Shown: one piece after another, positions 22,642-33,162 of the stretch
Layout of the letters: every line of letters starts with the position of its first letter
How positions within the stretch are numbered: the first letter of the stretch is position 1
NCBI GenBank assembly: GCA_965205265.1
Contig: CBDBGH010000003.1
Location: forward strand, 3,968,001 to 4,032,000
From: Alphaproteobacteria bacterium
GTDB taxonomy: Bacteria > Pseudomonadota > Alphaproteobacteria > Bin95
DNA length: 64,000 nt
Direction of reading: 5' to 3'
Position numbers and translations under genes: made by a program
Notes under the pieces: model-generated
Told to the model about the DNA's origin: nothing
Database searches by the model: none
Seen by the model: the letters and a program-made list of their open reading frames with translations, nothing else

Positions 22642-22878
22642 GAGCGCGGACAGGCGGGGACGTTCGTTTTTGCGGATCGCAGGCCACAGGACCGCCGGCA
22701 GCCTCCCGAAATGCGGCAGGAAGCTCTTGCAGAATGGCTGTTACGATTGCACATAATCGGTACACTGCCCGCTCTCGAGGCGCGTCGCCGAAACCGCGGC
22801 GCGGGAGGAGCGTTGTATGGGACCGTGCAACAGGCCGCCGGCGTCGAAGCCGGGCCTGTCCGGAAGGTATGATCGCCG

Positions 22879-23262
22879 ATGAACGCCGCCCGACATCCCG
22901 AACGGGCGGATAGCTTGCGCGAGCTCGGCGGGGTTGTCGCAGAAGCGCAAGAGGAAGGCTTCCCTCGACCGTCCGAAGAGGCCGTGAAGAATGCGCGCCG
23001 GCTCCTTCGGGCGATGCACAGGATATCGCCGCAGCGTTTCGAGGTTTATCCCACGCCGGACGGAGAGGTTGCGATAGATGCGCCGGGCGGAGCGGGACGG
23101 TCTGTCATTCTGCTGTGCGCTTCGGACGGCGGAGCGCTTTGCCTTGTGAACATGGGCGGCGCGCATCGGCGCGCCCGCTATTCGGACACGACACGGCTGC
23201 CGGACGGGTTCGTCCGGGAGGCGCTGGAGGAATTGGCGCAGCGTGACAAGCGCGCCGCGTGA
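22879..23262 (+). CDS. Hypothetical protein, putative partner/antitoxin of the downstream gene
   Basis: 127-aa ORF with globular composition (PSEEAVKNARRLL...VYPTPDGEVAID); stop overlaps next start (GTGA). Confidence 0.7.
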   Translation: MNAARHPERADSLRELGGVVAEAQEEGFPRPSEEAVKNARRLLRAMHRISPQRFEVYPTPDGEVAIDAPGGAGRSVILLCASDGGALCLVNMGGAHRRARYSDTTRLPDGFVREALEELAQRDKRAA

Positions 23263-23669
23263 CGGCACCGGACGGGATTGCGCCGGGAGAAAATCTCGGC
23301 AGAGGCGTGTTCTCGCGCAGCCAGGCGCGGCGGGCCGAGCGGGGCCGCGTCCTCCTCAATGCGTTTCTGGAAGCGGAAGGCGAGGCTGAAATCTCGGTCG
23401 ATCGTCTCGACATGGCGCCACCGATGGAAGCGAAGGAGATTGGCGACAGGGTAGCCGCTGGACGGGGCAAGCAATTCTATGGCTGGGCCGTTGTCGTCCT
23501 TGAGGTTGCAGCCGCCAACCAAAGGCAGGCGCTCGCTTCTCCGCAGTTGGACAATCCCTACCACGCGGACATCGTCCTGCCGGATGCTGCGGTCGAGGAC
23601 CGGGACGAGCAGAAACGCCATGCGCAGGAACTCGCGGACGCATCGGCATGGCGCGGTCGGGACGATTGA
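23259..23669 (+). CDS. Hypothetical protein with ADP-ribosyltransferase-like motif spacing
   Basis: 136 aa: RGVFS...NAF...EISVDRL...FYGWA...SP..DNPYHADI; function is inferred only. Confidence 0.7.
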   Translation: MTAPDGIAPGENLGRGVFSRSQARRAERGRVLLNAFLEAEGEAEISVDRLDMAPPMEAKEIGDRVAAGRGKQFYGWAVVVLEVAAANQRQALASPQLDNPYHADIVLPDAAVEDRDEQKRHAQELADASAWRGRDD

Positions 23670-23670
23670 A

Positions 23671-23722
23671 CGCAACCCGGCTCCGCCGCCTCGCCGCCCG
23701 CGTCCTCACCCTCGAAGGCGGC
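23671..23722 (+). repeat. Diverged duplicate of the lpxD 3' end (22575-22626)
   Basis: 48/52 nt identical, no gaps; translates [17 protein letters not shown] versus lpx[18 protein letters not shown]. Confidence 0.9.
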
Positions 23723-23726
23723 CCAT

Positions 23727-23975
23727 TCAGACTCCGCCGACCACCAGCGGATAGTCGAGACGATTCCCGATCGGGACCGCGCCCGTCTCATCGAGGCCCG
23801 GTTGTCCCTGCCGTTCGGACCGGGCTTCCAGAAGTTTCCGGGCGACATCGCGAGCGATTTCCAGCGTCTCGGTCACCGTTCGCCCCTGTGCGACGAGACC
23901 GGGTACCTCCTCAGAGGTCGCCAGCCAGACGCCTTCCGGCTGCCTCTCGATATGCAGCTTTACAATTCGCTCCAT
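23727..23975 (-). CDS. HicB-like (DUF1902-type) antitoxin, orphan
   Basis: IERQPEGVWLATSEEVPGLVAQGRTVTETLEIARDVA, the HicB partial RNase H fold pattern. Confidence 0.8.
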   Translation of the reverse strand: MERIVKLHIERQPEGVWLATSEEVPGLVAQGRTVTETLEIARDVARKLLEARSERQGQPGLDETGAVPIGNRLDYPLVVGGV

Positions 23976-24017
23976 CCGCGACCTCGGCGCAACATAGCTC
24001 CCTCGGGCACCCGGACG

Positions 24018-25247
24018 TCAAGCACGCTCGATGTTGCCGCTGCGGAGCGGAATCCCGAACTCGCGGTGGCAGATTTCGGCGAGCTTCCCCACGCCGTCGC
24101 GGATTTCCTCCACGGTCGGGTTGCCGAAGCAGAGCCGGATGCGCGAGCGGGCGGGCGCGGCGTCGGCGGACCATTCCGGGCCCGGATTGATGGCGATGCC
24201 GGCGGCGGCCGAGGCGGCGGCCAGTTTCATCGCGTCCACCGCCTCCGGAAAGGAAATCCACAGGAAGATGCCGCCCGCCGGCGGCACGAACTCCGCGGCC
24301 GTGCCGAAATGCTCCTCCAGCGCCCCGGTCATGGCGTCGAGCTTCTCCTTGAGCAGCCCCGTCACGCGCTCGACATGGGCGTCGAAGCGGGTCCGGCAGT
24401 ATTCCGCCAGCATCAGCTGTTCGAGCGCGCCGGTGCCGCCGTCGGTCTTGCAGGCGACCATGCGGGCGATGAGGGCGGGTTCGGCCACGATGTATCCGAC
24501 GCGCAGCGCCGGCGCGACGGTCTTCGAGAACGACCCGCAATGGATGACCCGGTTGCCCTCGTCCATCGCCGCGATGGCGGGCGGGCGCTCGCCGGTCCAA
24601 AGCAGGTCGGCATAGCATTCGTCCTCGAAGACGGGCACGCCGTATGCCGCCGAGAGGCGCAGCAGCTCGGCCCGCCTGGCTTCCGGCATGATGCTGCCGC
24701 CGGGGTTCTGGATCGTCGGGATGACATAGATGAATTTCGGCTTCACGCCTTGCGCGGCGAGCGCGGCCAGCTTTTCGCCGAGCAGGTCCATGCGCATGCC
24801 GCCGCCGTCCAGCGGAATGCCCACCGGCCTGGCGCCGAGCTTGCGCAGGCGGGCGAGCGCGCTGCCGTAGCTGAACTGCTCGACCAGGACCGTGTCGCCG
24901 GGGCGAAGGAAGAGCTCGTTGACGAGGTCCAGCCCCTGGTTCGAGCCCGAGGTGATGAGGACATTGTCGGGCGAGACCGAGAGGCCGCTGCGTTTGCGGA
25001 GCTTGGCGGCCACGAATTCCCGCAGCGGCCGGTAGCCGAGCGGCCCGCTGTCCAGCCCGTAGGTCGCCAGCGTCGTTCCCTCCCGGCGGAGCGCCGAGGC
25101 GGTTGCGGCGATCATGTCCTCGACCGGCATGCTCGCCGCATCGACATTGCCGCCGATGAAATTATAGGGCGCGAACCCGTTCCAGCGCGGGGCCGGCGGC
25201 GGCAGGCCGGGCGCGAGCAGGGCGTCGTAATCGATGGCGGCGGGCAA
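24018..25247 (-). CDS. PLP-dependent aminotransferase, class I/II
   Basis: ITSGSNQGLD, IPTIQNPGG, EDECY, GSFSKTVAPALRVG, IRLCF; TTG start preceded by AAGGAG. Confidence 0.9.
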   Translation of the reverse strand: MPAAIDYDALLAPGLPPPAPRWNGFAPYNFIGGNVDAASMPVEDMIAATASALRREGTTLATYGLDSGPLGYRPLREFVAAKLRKRSGLSVSPDNVLITSGSNQGLDLVNELFLRPGDTVLVEQFSYGSALARLRKLGARPVGIPLDGGGMRMDLLGEKLAALAAQGVKPKFIYVIPTIQNPGGSIMPEARRAELLRLSAAYGVPVFEDECYADLLWTGERPPAIAAMDEGNRVIHCGSFSKTVAPALRVGYIVAEPALIARMVACKTDGGTGALEQLMLAEYCRTRFDAHVERVTGLLKEKLDAMTGALEEHFGTAAEFVPPAGGIFLWISFPEAVDAMKLAAASAAAGIAINPGPEWSADAAPARSRIRLCFGNPTVEEIRDGVGKLAEICHREFGIPLRSGNIERA

Positions 25248-25282
25248 GGGGCGGCTCCTTCGTTCGTTCGGATCGGGGCCGG

Positions 25283-25975
25283 CTATTCCGGCGAGACGTG
25301 GCGGTGGAGGACCGCGAGGTCGGCGATCCGCGCATCCCCGCCCTTGATGGTCACCCCGTGGTTCCTCAGCTGGGCCAGCGCCCGCGAAAAGGTTTCCGGC
25401 TTCATGCCGAGCCGGTTGGCGATCAGTTTCTTGTCGTAGGGCAGCCGCACATCGACGGCGCTGCCATAGGGCCTCGACGGGGAACAGAAATGCAGCAGGA
25501 ACGCCCCGACGCGCTGCGACGAGGTCTGGCTGCTGGCCGTCTCGATCCTTGTCACGAGGCGCTTCAGGTTGACCGCGAGCGAGGCGAACGTCCTCAGGAC
25601 CATGTCGGGGTCCTCGCGCAGGCGGTCGATATATTCGACGACCGGCACCGCCAGAAGCCGCCCGCCCTCGACCATCTCGGCGGAAACCGGGTAGCCGTCG
25701 GGCATGCAGATGGCGCCCTCGGCAAAGGATTCGCCGGGCCCGAACACCTCGATGATGACCTCCGAGCCGTCCGGACGCAGGCGGTAGAGCTTCACCCAGC
25801 CGGACAGCACGCCGAAAAAGTGGGTGACCGGGTCCCCCTGCTCGAAGATCGTGGTCCGTTTCGAATAAGCCAGGACTTCCGCGTCCTTGACCACCGAGCG
25901 GAGCGCGTCCGCCGCCAGCCCCCGAAACATGGGGAGCTGATGGACCATCTCCAGGTCGTCGCCGCCTACGGCCAT
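25283..25975 (-). CDS. Crp/Fnr family regulator, DNR/NnrR-like
   Basis: IFEQGD, GWVKLYR, GPGESFAE, HTH LIANRLGMKPETFSRAL with ExxSR; no N-terminal Cys cluster; divergent from nosR. Confidence 0.88.
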   Translation of the reverse strand: MAVGGDDLEMVHQLPMFRGLAADALRSVVKDAEVLAYSKRTTIFEQGDPVTHFFGVLSGWVKLYRLRPDGSEVIIEVFGPGESFAEGAICMPDGYPVSAEMVEGGRLLAVPVVEYIDRLREDPDMVLRTFASLAVNLKRLVTRIETASSQTSSQRVGAFLLHFCSPSRPYGSAVDVRLPYDKKLIANRLGMKPETFSRALAQLRNHGVTIKGGDARIADLAVLHRHVSPE

Positions 25976-26058
25976 CGCTTCTCCGCCTCGGCTCCATGCC
26001 GGCCCGGCCGGAACGCCGCAGGGTTACAACGCCATGGACCGTCCCGCAAGGAACCCGG

Positions 26059-26072
26059 TTGACCGGCGTCAA
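26059..26072. promoter_or_regulatory. FNR/DNR-type binding box upstream of nosR
   Basis: ttgaccggcgtcaa = TTGA-N6-TCAA, 55 bp upstream of nosR, between the divergent regulator and nosR. Confidence 0.8.
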
Positions 26073-26127
26073 GGAGCGAACGGGCCGAATTCGCTAGGGT
26101 CCCGCCCACAGCACGGAGGAACATCCG

Positions 26128-28308
26128 GTGTCCCGCGGCTCGATCGTCGGCCTGTTCCTGTGGCTATCGGCTCTGCCGATTGCCGCATGGGGGTCCGAAT
26201 TGCCGCGCTTTCTGGGCGGGCTCGCACCGGAGGCGCTCGTCCCCGGGGCGACCGGCTTCGGGCCGGTCCGCAGCGACCTCCCCGTCGCCCCGGTCCTGAA
26301 AGGCGGCGAAACCGCAGGCTGGGCCTTCCTCACATCGGATTTCGTCGGCACCACCGGTTATTCCGGCAAGCCGATCCATGTCGTCGCGGCGATGTCGCCC
26401 GATGCGGTGCTGACCGGGGTCAGGCTCGTCGAGCATTCCGAGCCCATCGTGCTGATCGGCATACCCGACGCGAAAATGCGGCGGCTGACCGAGTCCTATG
26501 CCGGCATCGACCTGAAACTCGAGGCGGCTGAAGGCGGCTCGGCGCACGATCTCGACATCATCTCGGGCGCGACCGTGACGGTGATGGTGATCGATGACTC
26601 GGTCATCCGGGCCGGCCTCAAGGTGGCGCGGGCGCTCGGTCTCGGCGGCCTCGCGCCGGAGGCCGCCGCCGGCCCCGTCCGCGAGGTGGACCGGGCGAAA
26701 CGGGAAGTGCTCGACTGGACCGTGCTCGCCGGGGACGGCTCGGTGCGCGCGCTCTCGCTCGATGTCTCCCAGGTCAATGCGGCCTTCGAGGCGACGGGCG
26801 ACCCCAAGGCCATCGCCCGCCCGGAACGGGGCGCGCCGGAAGAGACCTTCATCGACCTGCGCGCGGCGCTTGCCAGCGTGCCGTCCATCGGGCTCAGCCT
26901 GCTCGGCGAGGCGGAATACGCCAATCTCTCCCGATGGATCGGCGAGGACGGCCACGCCCTCCTGGTCGCGGGCCGCGGGCGCTACTCCTTCAAGGGCTCG
27001 GGCTATGTGCGCGGCGGCATCTTCGACCGCATCCAGCTCATCCAGGGCGACCGGTCGATCCGCTTCTTCGACCGCGACCACAGGCGGCTCGGCGACATCG
27101 CTGCCGACGGCGCCCCTTCCTTCACCGAGCTGGACCTCTTCCGGATTCCCGCGGATGCGGCGTTCGAGCCGGGCGAGCCGTGGCGGCTGCAGCTACTGGT
27201 GCAGCGCGCCGTGGGGGCCGTGGACAAGCGGTTCCTGACCTTCGACCTCGGCTACCGCCTGCCGGAGCGCTACCTGCTGCCGCCCGTCCTCGCGGCGGAG
27301 GCGGAAGCCGGCGAGGCGGAGGCCAAGGCGGCGCTCTGGCAGCGGGTCTGGCACGACCGCCGGTTCGAGATCGCCGGGCTCGCCGTCATGCTCGCGCTGC
27401 TGACCGCAATCTTCTTCTTCCAGCGCCAGGTGACGAGGAACGCCCGGCTCTATTTCTGGCTGCGCATGGGCTTCCTCACGGCCACGCTCTTCTTCCTCGG
27501 CTGGTACGCCAGCGCCCAGCTTTCGGTCGTGAACCTGATGGCGCTGTTCGGCAGCCTGCGCACGGGCTTCGCCTGGGATGCGTTCCTGCTCGACCCGCTG
27601 GTCTTCATCCTCTGGTTCTCCGTGGCGGCGGCGCTGATCTTCTGGGGGCGGGGCGCCTATTGCGGCTGGCTCTGTCCTTTCGGCGCGCTGCAGGAGCTCA
27701 CCAACAAGATCGCGCGCGCGCTCCGCGTGCCGCAATGGGAGCTTCCCTGGGGCCTGCATGAGCGGCTCTGGCCGGTGAAATATGTGCTGTTCCTCGGCCT
27801 GTTCGGCATCTCGCTCGCCTCGATTCCGCTCGCCGAGACCTTCGCCGAGGTCGAGCCGTTCAAGACCGCCATCGTGTTGAAATTCGCCCGCGAATGGCCG
27901 TTCGTGCTGTTCGCGGTTTCGCTGCTGGCCGCCGGGCTCTTCGTCGAGCGTTTCTTCTGCCGCTATCTCTGCCCGCTCGGCGCCGCGCTTGCGATTCCGG
28001 CGCGGATCCGCATGTTCGCCTGGCTCAGGCGCTACCACGAGTGCGGCCATCCCTGCCAGCTCTGCGCCAACGAATGCCCCGTCCAGGCCATCCACCCGAC
28101 GGGCGAGATCAACCCGAACGAATGCGTGAACTGCCTGCACTGCCAGGTGCTCTACCAGTCCACGGCCAAATGCCCGGTCTGCATCAAGCGGCAGCGGAGC
28201 CGGGAACGCCTCGCCCGCAGCGCCGGCGCGCTCAGCGCCGCGCTCGCCCGGGCGCCCAACGCACCCACATCCCGGAAGGAGGGGAGTCATGACCGACAAG
28301 GCGAATAA
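26128..28308 (+). CDS. nosR: NosR membrane Fe-S flavoprotein
   Basis: [19 protein letters not shown] attachment motif, [21 protein letters not shown]-terminal 4Fe-4S Cys motifs. Confidence 0.95.
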   Translation: MSRGSIVGLFLWLSALPIAAWGSELPRFLGGLAPEALVPGATGFGPVRSDLPVAPVLKGGETAGWAFLTSDFVGTTGYSGKPIHVVAAMSPDAVLTGVRLVEHSEPIVLIGIPDAKMRRLTESYAGIDLKLEAAEGGSAHDLDIISGATVTVMVIDDSVIRAGLKVARALGLGGLAPEAAAGPVREVDRAKREVLDWTVLAGDGSVRALSLDVSQVNAAFEATGDPKAIARPERGAPEETFIDLRAALASVPSIGLSLLGEAEYANLSRWIGEDGHALLVAGRGRYSFKGSGYVRGGIFDRIQLIQGDRSIRFFDRDHRRLGDIAADGAPSFTELDLFRIPADAAFEPGEPWRLQLLVQRAVGAVDKRFLTFDLGYRLPERYLLPPVLAAEAEAGEAEAKAALWQRVWHDRRFEIAGLAVMLALLTAIFFFQRQVTRNARLYFWLRMGFLTATLFFLGWYASAQLSVVNLMALFGSLRTGFAWDAFLLDPLVFILWFSVAAALIFWGRGAYCGWLCPFGALQELTNKIARALRVPQWELPWGLHERLWPVKYVLFLGLFGISLASIPLAETFAEVEPFKTAIVLKFAREWPFVLFAVSLLAAGLFVERFFCRYLCPLGAALAIPARIRMFAWLRRYHECGHPCQLCANECPVQAIHPTGEINPNECVNCLHCQVLYQSTAKCPVCIKRQRSRERLARSAGALSAALARAPNAPTSRKEGSHDRQGE

Positions 28309-30193
28309 ACTCCGCGTCACCCGGCGCGGCCTCATGCGGGCGACCGCAGGCGGAGCGGTCGCCGCGGCGGCGACGGCCGCGGCCGGCGTCGCGGGCCCGG
28401 GGCGTGCGCAGGCCGCCGCGGGCAGCCACGCGCTCGCGCCCGGCCAGCTCGACGACTATTACGGCTTCTGGTCGTCCGGCCAGACGGGCGAGTTGCGCAT
28501 CCTGGGCGTCCCGTCCATGCGCGAGCTTATGCGCGTGCCCGTCTTCAACCGCTGCTCGGCGTCGGGCTGGGGCCAGACCAATGAGAGCCTCAAGGTGCTG
28601 ACCGAGGGTCTCACGCCGGAAACGAAGGCGTTCCTGGCCGCCAGCGGCCGCGTCACCTACGACAATGGCGACCTCCACCACCCGCATATGTCGTTCACCG
28701 ACGGTACCTATGACGGCCGCTACCTCTTCATGAACGACAAGGCGAACACCCGGGTCGCGCGGGTGCGCTGCGACATCATGAAGTGCGACAAGATCATCGA
28801 GATCCCGAACGCAGCGGACATCCACGGCCTGCGCCCGCAGAAATACCCCCGCACCGGCTATGTCTTCGCCAATGGCGAGCATGAGACGCCGCTCGTCAAT
28901 GACGGCAGCATCCTCGACAGCCCGGAAGACTACGTCAACATCTTCACCGCCATAGACGGCGACACGATGACCGTCGCCTGGCAGGTGATCGTCTCCGGCA
29001 ATCTCGACAATTGCGACGCCGACTACCAGGGCAAATACGCCTTCTCCACCAGCTACAACTCCGAGATGGGGATGACGCTGGCCGAAATGACCGAGAGCGA
29101 GACCGACCACTGCGTCATCTTCGACATCGAGGCCATCGAGGCGGGCGTGGCGGCCGGCGACGGGCAGATGCTGAACGGCGTGCGCGTGCTCGACGGGCGC
29201 AAGGGCTCGAAATACACGCGCTATGTGCCGATCCCGAACAGCCCGCATGGCTGCAACACCGCCCCGGACAAGCGCCATGTCGTCATCAATGGCAAGCTCT
29301 CGCCCACGGTCTCGGTGATCGACGTAACGAAGGTGGATGCGCTCTTCTCCGAGAATGCCGATCCGCGCTCCTGCATCGTCGCGGAGCCGCAGCTCGGCCT
29401 GGGGCCGCTCCACACCGCCTTCGACGGCAAGGGCGGCGCCTTCACCACGCTCTTCCTCGACAGCCAGATCGTGAAATGGGACCTCGAGAAGGCCATCCGC
29501 GCCTATGCCGGCGAGGACGTGGACCCGATCGTCTCCAAGGTCGATGTCCACTACCAGCCGGGGCACAACCACAGCACCATGGGCGAGACGGCCGAGGCGG
29601 ACGGCAAATGGCTCGTTTCGATGAACAAGTTCTCCAAGGACCGCTTCATCAATGTCGGGCCGCTGAAGCCCGAGAACGAGCAGCTCATCGACATTTCGTC
29701 CGACGAGATGAAGGTGCTCCATGACGGGCCGACCTTCGCCGAGCCGCATGACTGCATCATCGTGCGCCGCGACATCGTGAACCCGAAGACCATATGGGAC
29801 CGGGACGACCCGATGTTCGAGGACGCCGTCAGGCAGGCGGCGGCGGACGGCGTCGATCTGGAGGACGGCGCCGAGGAGCCGATCCGCGACGGCAACAAGG
29901 TGCGCGTCTACATGTATTCGGTCGCGCCCGAGTTCTCGATGGAAAAGTTCACCGTTCGGCAGGGCGACGAGGTCACGATCTACATCACCAATCTCGACGA
30001 TGTGGACGATGTGACCCACGGCTTCTGCCTGTCGAACTACGGCATCGCCTTCGAGATTGCACCGCAGGCGACGGCCTCGGTCACCTTCACCGCCGACCGT
30101 CCGGGCGTCCACTGGTTCTACTGCCAGTGGTTCTGCCATGCGCTCCACATGGAGATGCGCGGGCGGATGTTCGTCGAGCCGAGAGCCGCATGA
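28289..30193 (+). CDS. nosZ: Nitrous-oxide reductase, clade I (Tat exported)
   Basis: TRRGLM Tat motif; CuZ His motifs DLHHPH, IHG, SPHG, GPLHT, PGHN, EPHD; CuA motifs THGF and [12 protein letters not shown]. Confidence 0.98.
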   Translation: MTDKANKLRVTRRGLMRATAGGAVAAAATAAAGVAGPGRAQAAAGSHALAPGQLDDYYGFWSSGQTGELRILGVPSMRELMRVPVFNRCSASGWGQTNESLKVLTEGLTPETKAFLAASGRVTYDNGDLHHPHMSFTDGTYDGRYLFMNDKANTRVARVRCDIMKCDKIIEIPNAADIHGLRPQKYPRTGYVFANGEHETPLVNDGSILDSPEDYVNIFTAIDGDTMTVAWQVIVSGNLDNCDADYQGKYAFSTSYNSEMGMTLAEMTESETDHCVIFDIEAIEAGVAAGDGQMLNGVRVLDGRKGSKYTRYVPIPNSPHGCNTAPDKRHVVINGKLSPTVSVIDVTKVDALFSENADPRSCIVAEPQLGLGPLHTAFDGKGGAFTTLFLDSQIVKWDLEKAIRAYAGEDVDPIVSKVDVHYQPGHNHSTMGETAEADGKWLVSMNKFSKDRFINVGPLKPENEQLIDISSDEMKVLHDGPTFAEPHDCIIVRRDIVNPKTIWDRDDPMFEDAVRQAAADGVDLEDGAEEPIRDGNKVRVYMYSVAPEFSMEKFTVRQGDEVTIYITNLDDVDDVTHGFCLSNYGIAFEIAPQATASVTFTADRPGVHWFYCQWFCHALHMEMRGRMFVEPRAA

Positions 30194-31452
30194 TGCTCCG
30201 CGCCGGGCTCGCACTGGCACTTCTGGCTTCGCCCGCGATGGCGGCGGAGCGCGAGGTGCCCGCGCGGCCCGGCGCGCTGGCCGCCGCCATCGAAGCCGCG
30301 GAGGCGGGGGAGGTGCTCCTGCTGGCTCCCGGCGTCCATGAGGGCGGCGTGCAGATCGAACGCCCGCTCGCGCTGCGGGGCCGGGCCGGCGCCACCGTCG
30401 TCGGTCCCGGAACCGGCAGCGTCATTTCGGTGCTCGCGCCCGATGTCGAGATCGGCGGGCTGGAGATACGCGGGTCCGGCTCCTCGCACGAGACCATCGA
30501 CTCCGGCATCAGGCTCGGCCGCAAGGCCGCCCGCGCCCTGGTCCGGGGCAACCGGCTCCTGGGCAATCTCTACGGTGTGGACATCCACGGCGCGCGCAAC
30601 GCCCGCGTCGCCGGCAATGTCATCGAGGGCCGCCGGGACCATCGCATGAACGCCCGCGGCAACGGCGTCTATGTCTGGAATGCGCCCGGCGCGGTCGTGG
30701 AGGGCAACGACATCCGCTGGGGCCGGGACGGCATCTTCGTCAATACTTCGAAGAAGAACACCTTCCGGAACAACCGTTTCCGCGACCTGCGCTTCGCGGT
30801 CCACTACATGTACGCCCACAGCAGCACGGTCGAAGGCAACCTCTCCATCGGCAACGACCTCGGCTATGCGATCATGTATTCCAAGCGCGTGAAGGTGCTC
30901 GGCAACGCCTCCGTCGGCGACGCCGAGCACGGCATCATGCTGAACTACGCCAACAGCTCGGAGGTCCGCGGCAATCTCGTGCTGAACGGGGCCAATCGCT
31001 GCGCCTTCATCTACAACGCGCACAAGAACCGGATCGAGGACAACCGGTTCGAGGGCTGCGCCATCGGCATCCACTTCACCGCAGGCTCCGAGCGCAACGC
31101 GATCTCCGGCAATGCCTTCATCGCCAACCGCACGCAGGTGAAATATGCCGGCACCCGGTGGATGGACTGGTCGGAGGAGGGCCGCGGCAACCACTGGTCC
31201 GATTTCGCCGCCTTCGACCTCGACGGCGACGGCATCGCCGACGCCCCCTACCGCCCGAACGATGCGATGGACCATGTGCTCTGGCGCCAGCCGGCCGCGA
31301 AATGGCTGCTCGGCGCGCCGGCGGTGCAGCTCGTGCGCTGGGCGCAGGCGGCTTTCCCCGCGCTTCTGCCGGGCGGCGTCATCGACAGCCACCCGCTGAT
31401 GCGGCCGGTCGAGGTCCGGCTTCCGGACTGGGGGGAGGGCGGCGATGGATAG
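30190..31452 (+). CDS. nosD: NosD copper maturation protein
   Basis: [38 protein letters not shown]. Confidence 0.95.
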   Translation: MMLRAGLALALLASPAMAAEREVPARPGALAAAIEAAEAGEVLLLAPGVHEGGVQIERPLALRGRAGATVVGPGTGSVISVLAPDVEIGGLEIRGSGSSHETIDSGIRLGRKAARALVRGNRLLGNLYGVDIHGARNARVAGNVIEGRRDHRMNARGNGVYVWNAPGAVVEGNDIRWGRDGIFVNTSKKNTFRNNRFRDLRFAVHYMYAHSSTVEGNLSIGNDLGYAIMYSKRVKVLGNASVGDAEHGIMLNYANSSEVRGNLVLNGANRCAFIYNAHKNRIEDNRFEGCAIGIHFTAGSERNAISGNAFIANRTQVKYAGTRWMDWSEEGRGNHWSDFAAFDLDGDGIADAPYRPNDAMDHVLWRQPAAKWLLGAPAVQLVRWAQAAFPALLPGGVIDSHPLMRPVEVRLPDWGEGGDG

Positions 31453-32341
31453 CGCGCTCTCGGTCTCGGCCGTCTCCAAGGCCTTTGGGCCCCACCGCGT
31501 TCTGCGGGAGGTGTCGCTGGAGGTCCGCGCCGGCGAGCGGGTGGCGCTGCTCGGCCATAACGGCGCCGGCAAGACGACGCTGATGAAGCTCGCGCTCGGG
31601 CTCGTTCCGGCGGATAGCGGGTCGATCTCGGTCGGGGGCGCGGCCGCGGGAAGCGCCGCCGCGCGCGAGGCGGCGGCCTATCTGCCGGAAGCGCTCGCCT
31701 TTCATCCGGCGCTGACCGGGCGCGAGCAATTGGACCTGTTCGCGCGCCTCGCCGGCGTTTCGCGGGCGGCGATTCCGGGCCTGCTCGGCCGCGTCGGCCT
31801 CGGGAACGCCGCCGACCGGCGCATCGGCGCCTGGTCCAAGGGCATGCGCCAGCGGCTCGGCCTCGCCCAGGTGCTGCTCGGCCGCCCGGCGCTGGCCCTG
31901 CTGGACGAGCCGACAAGCGGCCTCGACCCGGTTTCGCGCCACGAGCTCTACGCGATTATCGACGATATGGCCGGGCAGGGGACCGCCGTCCTGGTCGCAA
32001 GCCATGCGCTCACCGAACTGGAGGCCCGCACGGACCGGATCGCGATCCTGCGCGAGGGCCGCATGGTCGCCTGCGACGCGCTTGCCCGCCTGAGGGACCA
32101 GGCGGGGCTGCCGGTCCGGCTCCGGGTCACGGCCAGGGGAGAGCGCGCCGCCGATCTCCAGGCGCGCATCGGCGGCGCGCGGCTGAACGGCGCCTCGGTC
32201 GAAATCCTGTGCCCGCCCTCGGAGAAGATGGCGCGGCTTGCCGAGATCGCCGGCCTTGGCGGGCTGGTTGCGGACCTGGACGTCGCGCCGCCGAGCCTGG
32301 AGGACATTTACCGGCATTATTCCGAGGGGGCGTCGCCATGA
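31445..32341 (+). CDS. nosF: NosF ABC ATPase
   Basis: GHNGAGKTT, SKGMRQRLGLAQ, LLDEPTSGLDP; inside nos operon. Confidence 0.93.
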   Translation: MDSALSVSAVSKAFGPHRVLREVSLEVRAGERVALLGHNGAGKTTLMKLALGLVPADSGSISVGGAAAGSAAAREAAAYLPEALAFHPALTGREQLDLFARLAGVSRAAIPGLLGRVGLGNAADRRIGAWSKGMRQRLGLAQVLLGRPALALLDEPTSGLDPVSRHELYAIIDDMAGQGTAVLVASHALTELEARTDRIAILREGRMVACDALARLRDQAGLPVRLRVTARGERAADLQARIGGARLNGASVEILCPPSEKMARLAEIAGLGGLVADLDVAPPSLEDIYRHYSEGASP

Positions 32342-33162
32342 TCGCCCGCATGCTCGCCGTCGCCGGGGCGGAGTTCCGCATCGCGCGGCGCAACCGCTGG
32401 GCGCTGACAGCGGCGGTGCTGATGCTGCTGTTTGCGCTGGCCCTCACATTCGCCGGCTCCGCGCCGACGGGCACGCTCGGCGTCGATCTGCTCACCGTGT
32501 CGGTCGCCTCGATGACGACGCTGGCCGTCTATCTGACGCCGCTGCTGGCGCTGCTGCTTTCCTTCGATGCGGTTGCCGGCGAGCGCGAGCGGGGCAGCCT
32601 CGCGCTGCTGCTGAGCTACCGCCTGACGCGGGGGGAACTGCTGGCCGGCAAGCTGGCGGCGCATCTGGCGGTGCTGGCGCTCGCCATGGCGGCGGGGTTC
32701 GGCGCGGCCGGGCTCGCCGCGGCGGCGGCAGGCGGGGCGGGGCCCGAGAGCCTTGCCGCGCTCCTCCGGCTGATCGGCTCCTCGGTCCTTCTCGGTGCCA
32801 CCTTCCTCGCCCTTGGCTATGCGGTCTCCGCCCTTGCCGGCAGCACGGCCGGCAGCGCCGGGATGGCGGTCGGGATCTGGCTGGTGCTGGTCGTGCTCTA
32901 CGATCTGGGCCTGCTCGGCGCCGTGGTCGCGGACGATGGCGGCTTCTTCACAGAGGCGCTGTTCCCCTGGCTGCTCGCGCTCAACCCGGCCGATGCGTTC
33001 CGGCTCTGGAACGTGGCCGGTTCCGGGCAGGTCGCGCTGGCGAGCGGCATGACCGGGGCCGCCACCGCGCTGCCGGGCGGCGCGCCGCTCGCCTCGCTCC
33101 TGCTCTGGCCGGTCGCGGCGTTCGCGCTCGCCCGGCTGGCCATTTCGAGGACCGCGCCGTGA
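32338..33162 (+). CDS. nosY: NosY ABC permease
   Basis: RNRW, FDAVAGERERGSLALLLSY, LNPADAFR. Confidence 0.92.
   Translation: MIARMLAVAGAEFRIARRNRWALTAAVLMLLFALALTFAGSAPTGTLGVDLLTVSVASMTTLAVYLTPLLALLLSFDAVAGERERGSLALLLSYRLTRGELLAGKLAAHLAVLALAMAAGFGAAGLAAAAAGGAGPESLAALLRLIGSSVLLGATFLALGYAVSALAGSTAGSAGMAVGIWLVLVVLYDLGLLGAVVADDGGFFTEALFPWLLALNPADAFRLWNVAGSGQVALASGMTGAATALPGGAPLASLLLWPVAAFALARLAISRTAP

Noticed and set aside
22711-22872. 53-codon ORF in frame with 22879, separated by one TGA (possible readthrough or third gene)
   Set aside because: No RBS or motif, and it overlaps the likely AT-rich promoter of the module
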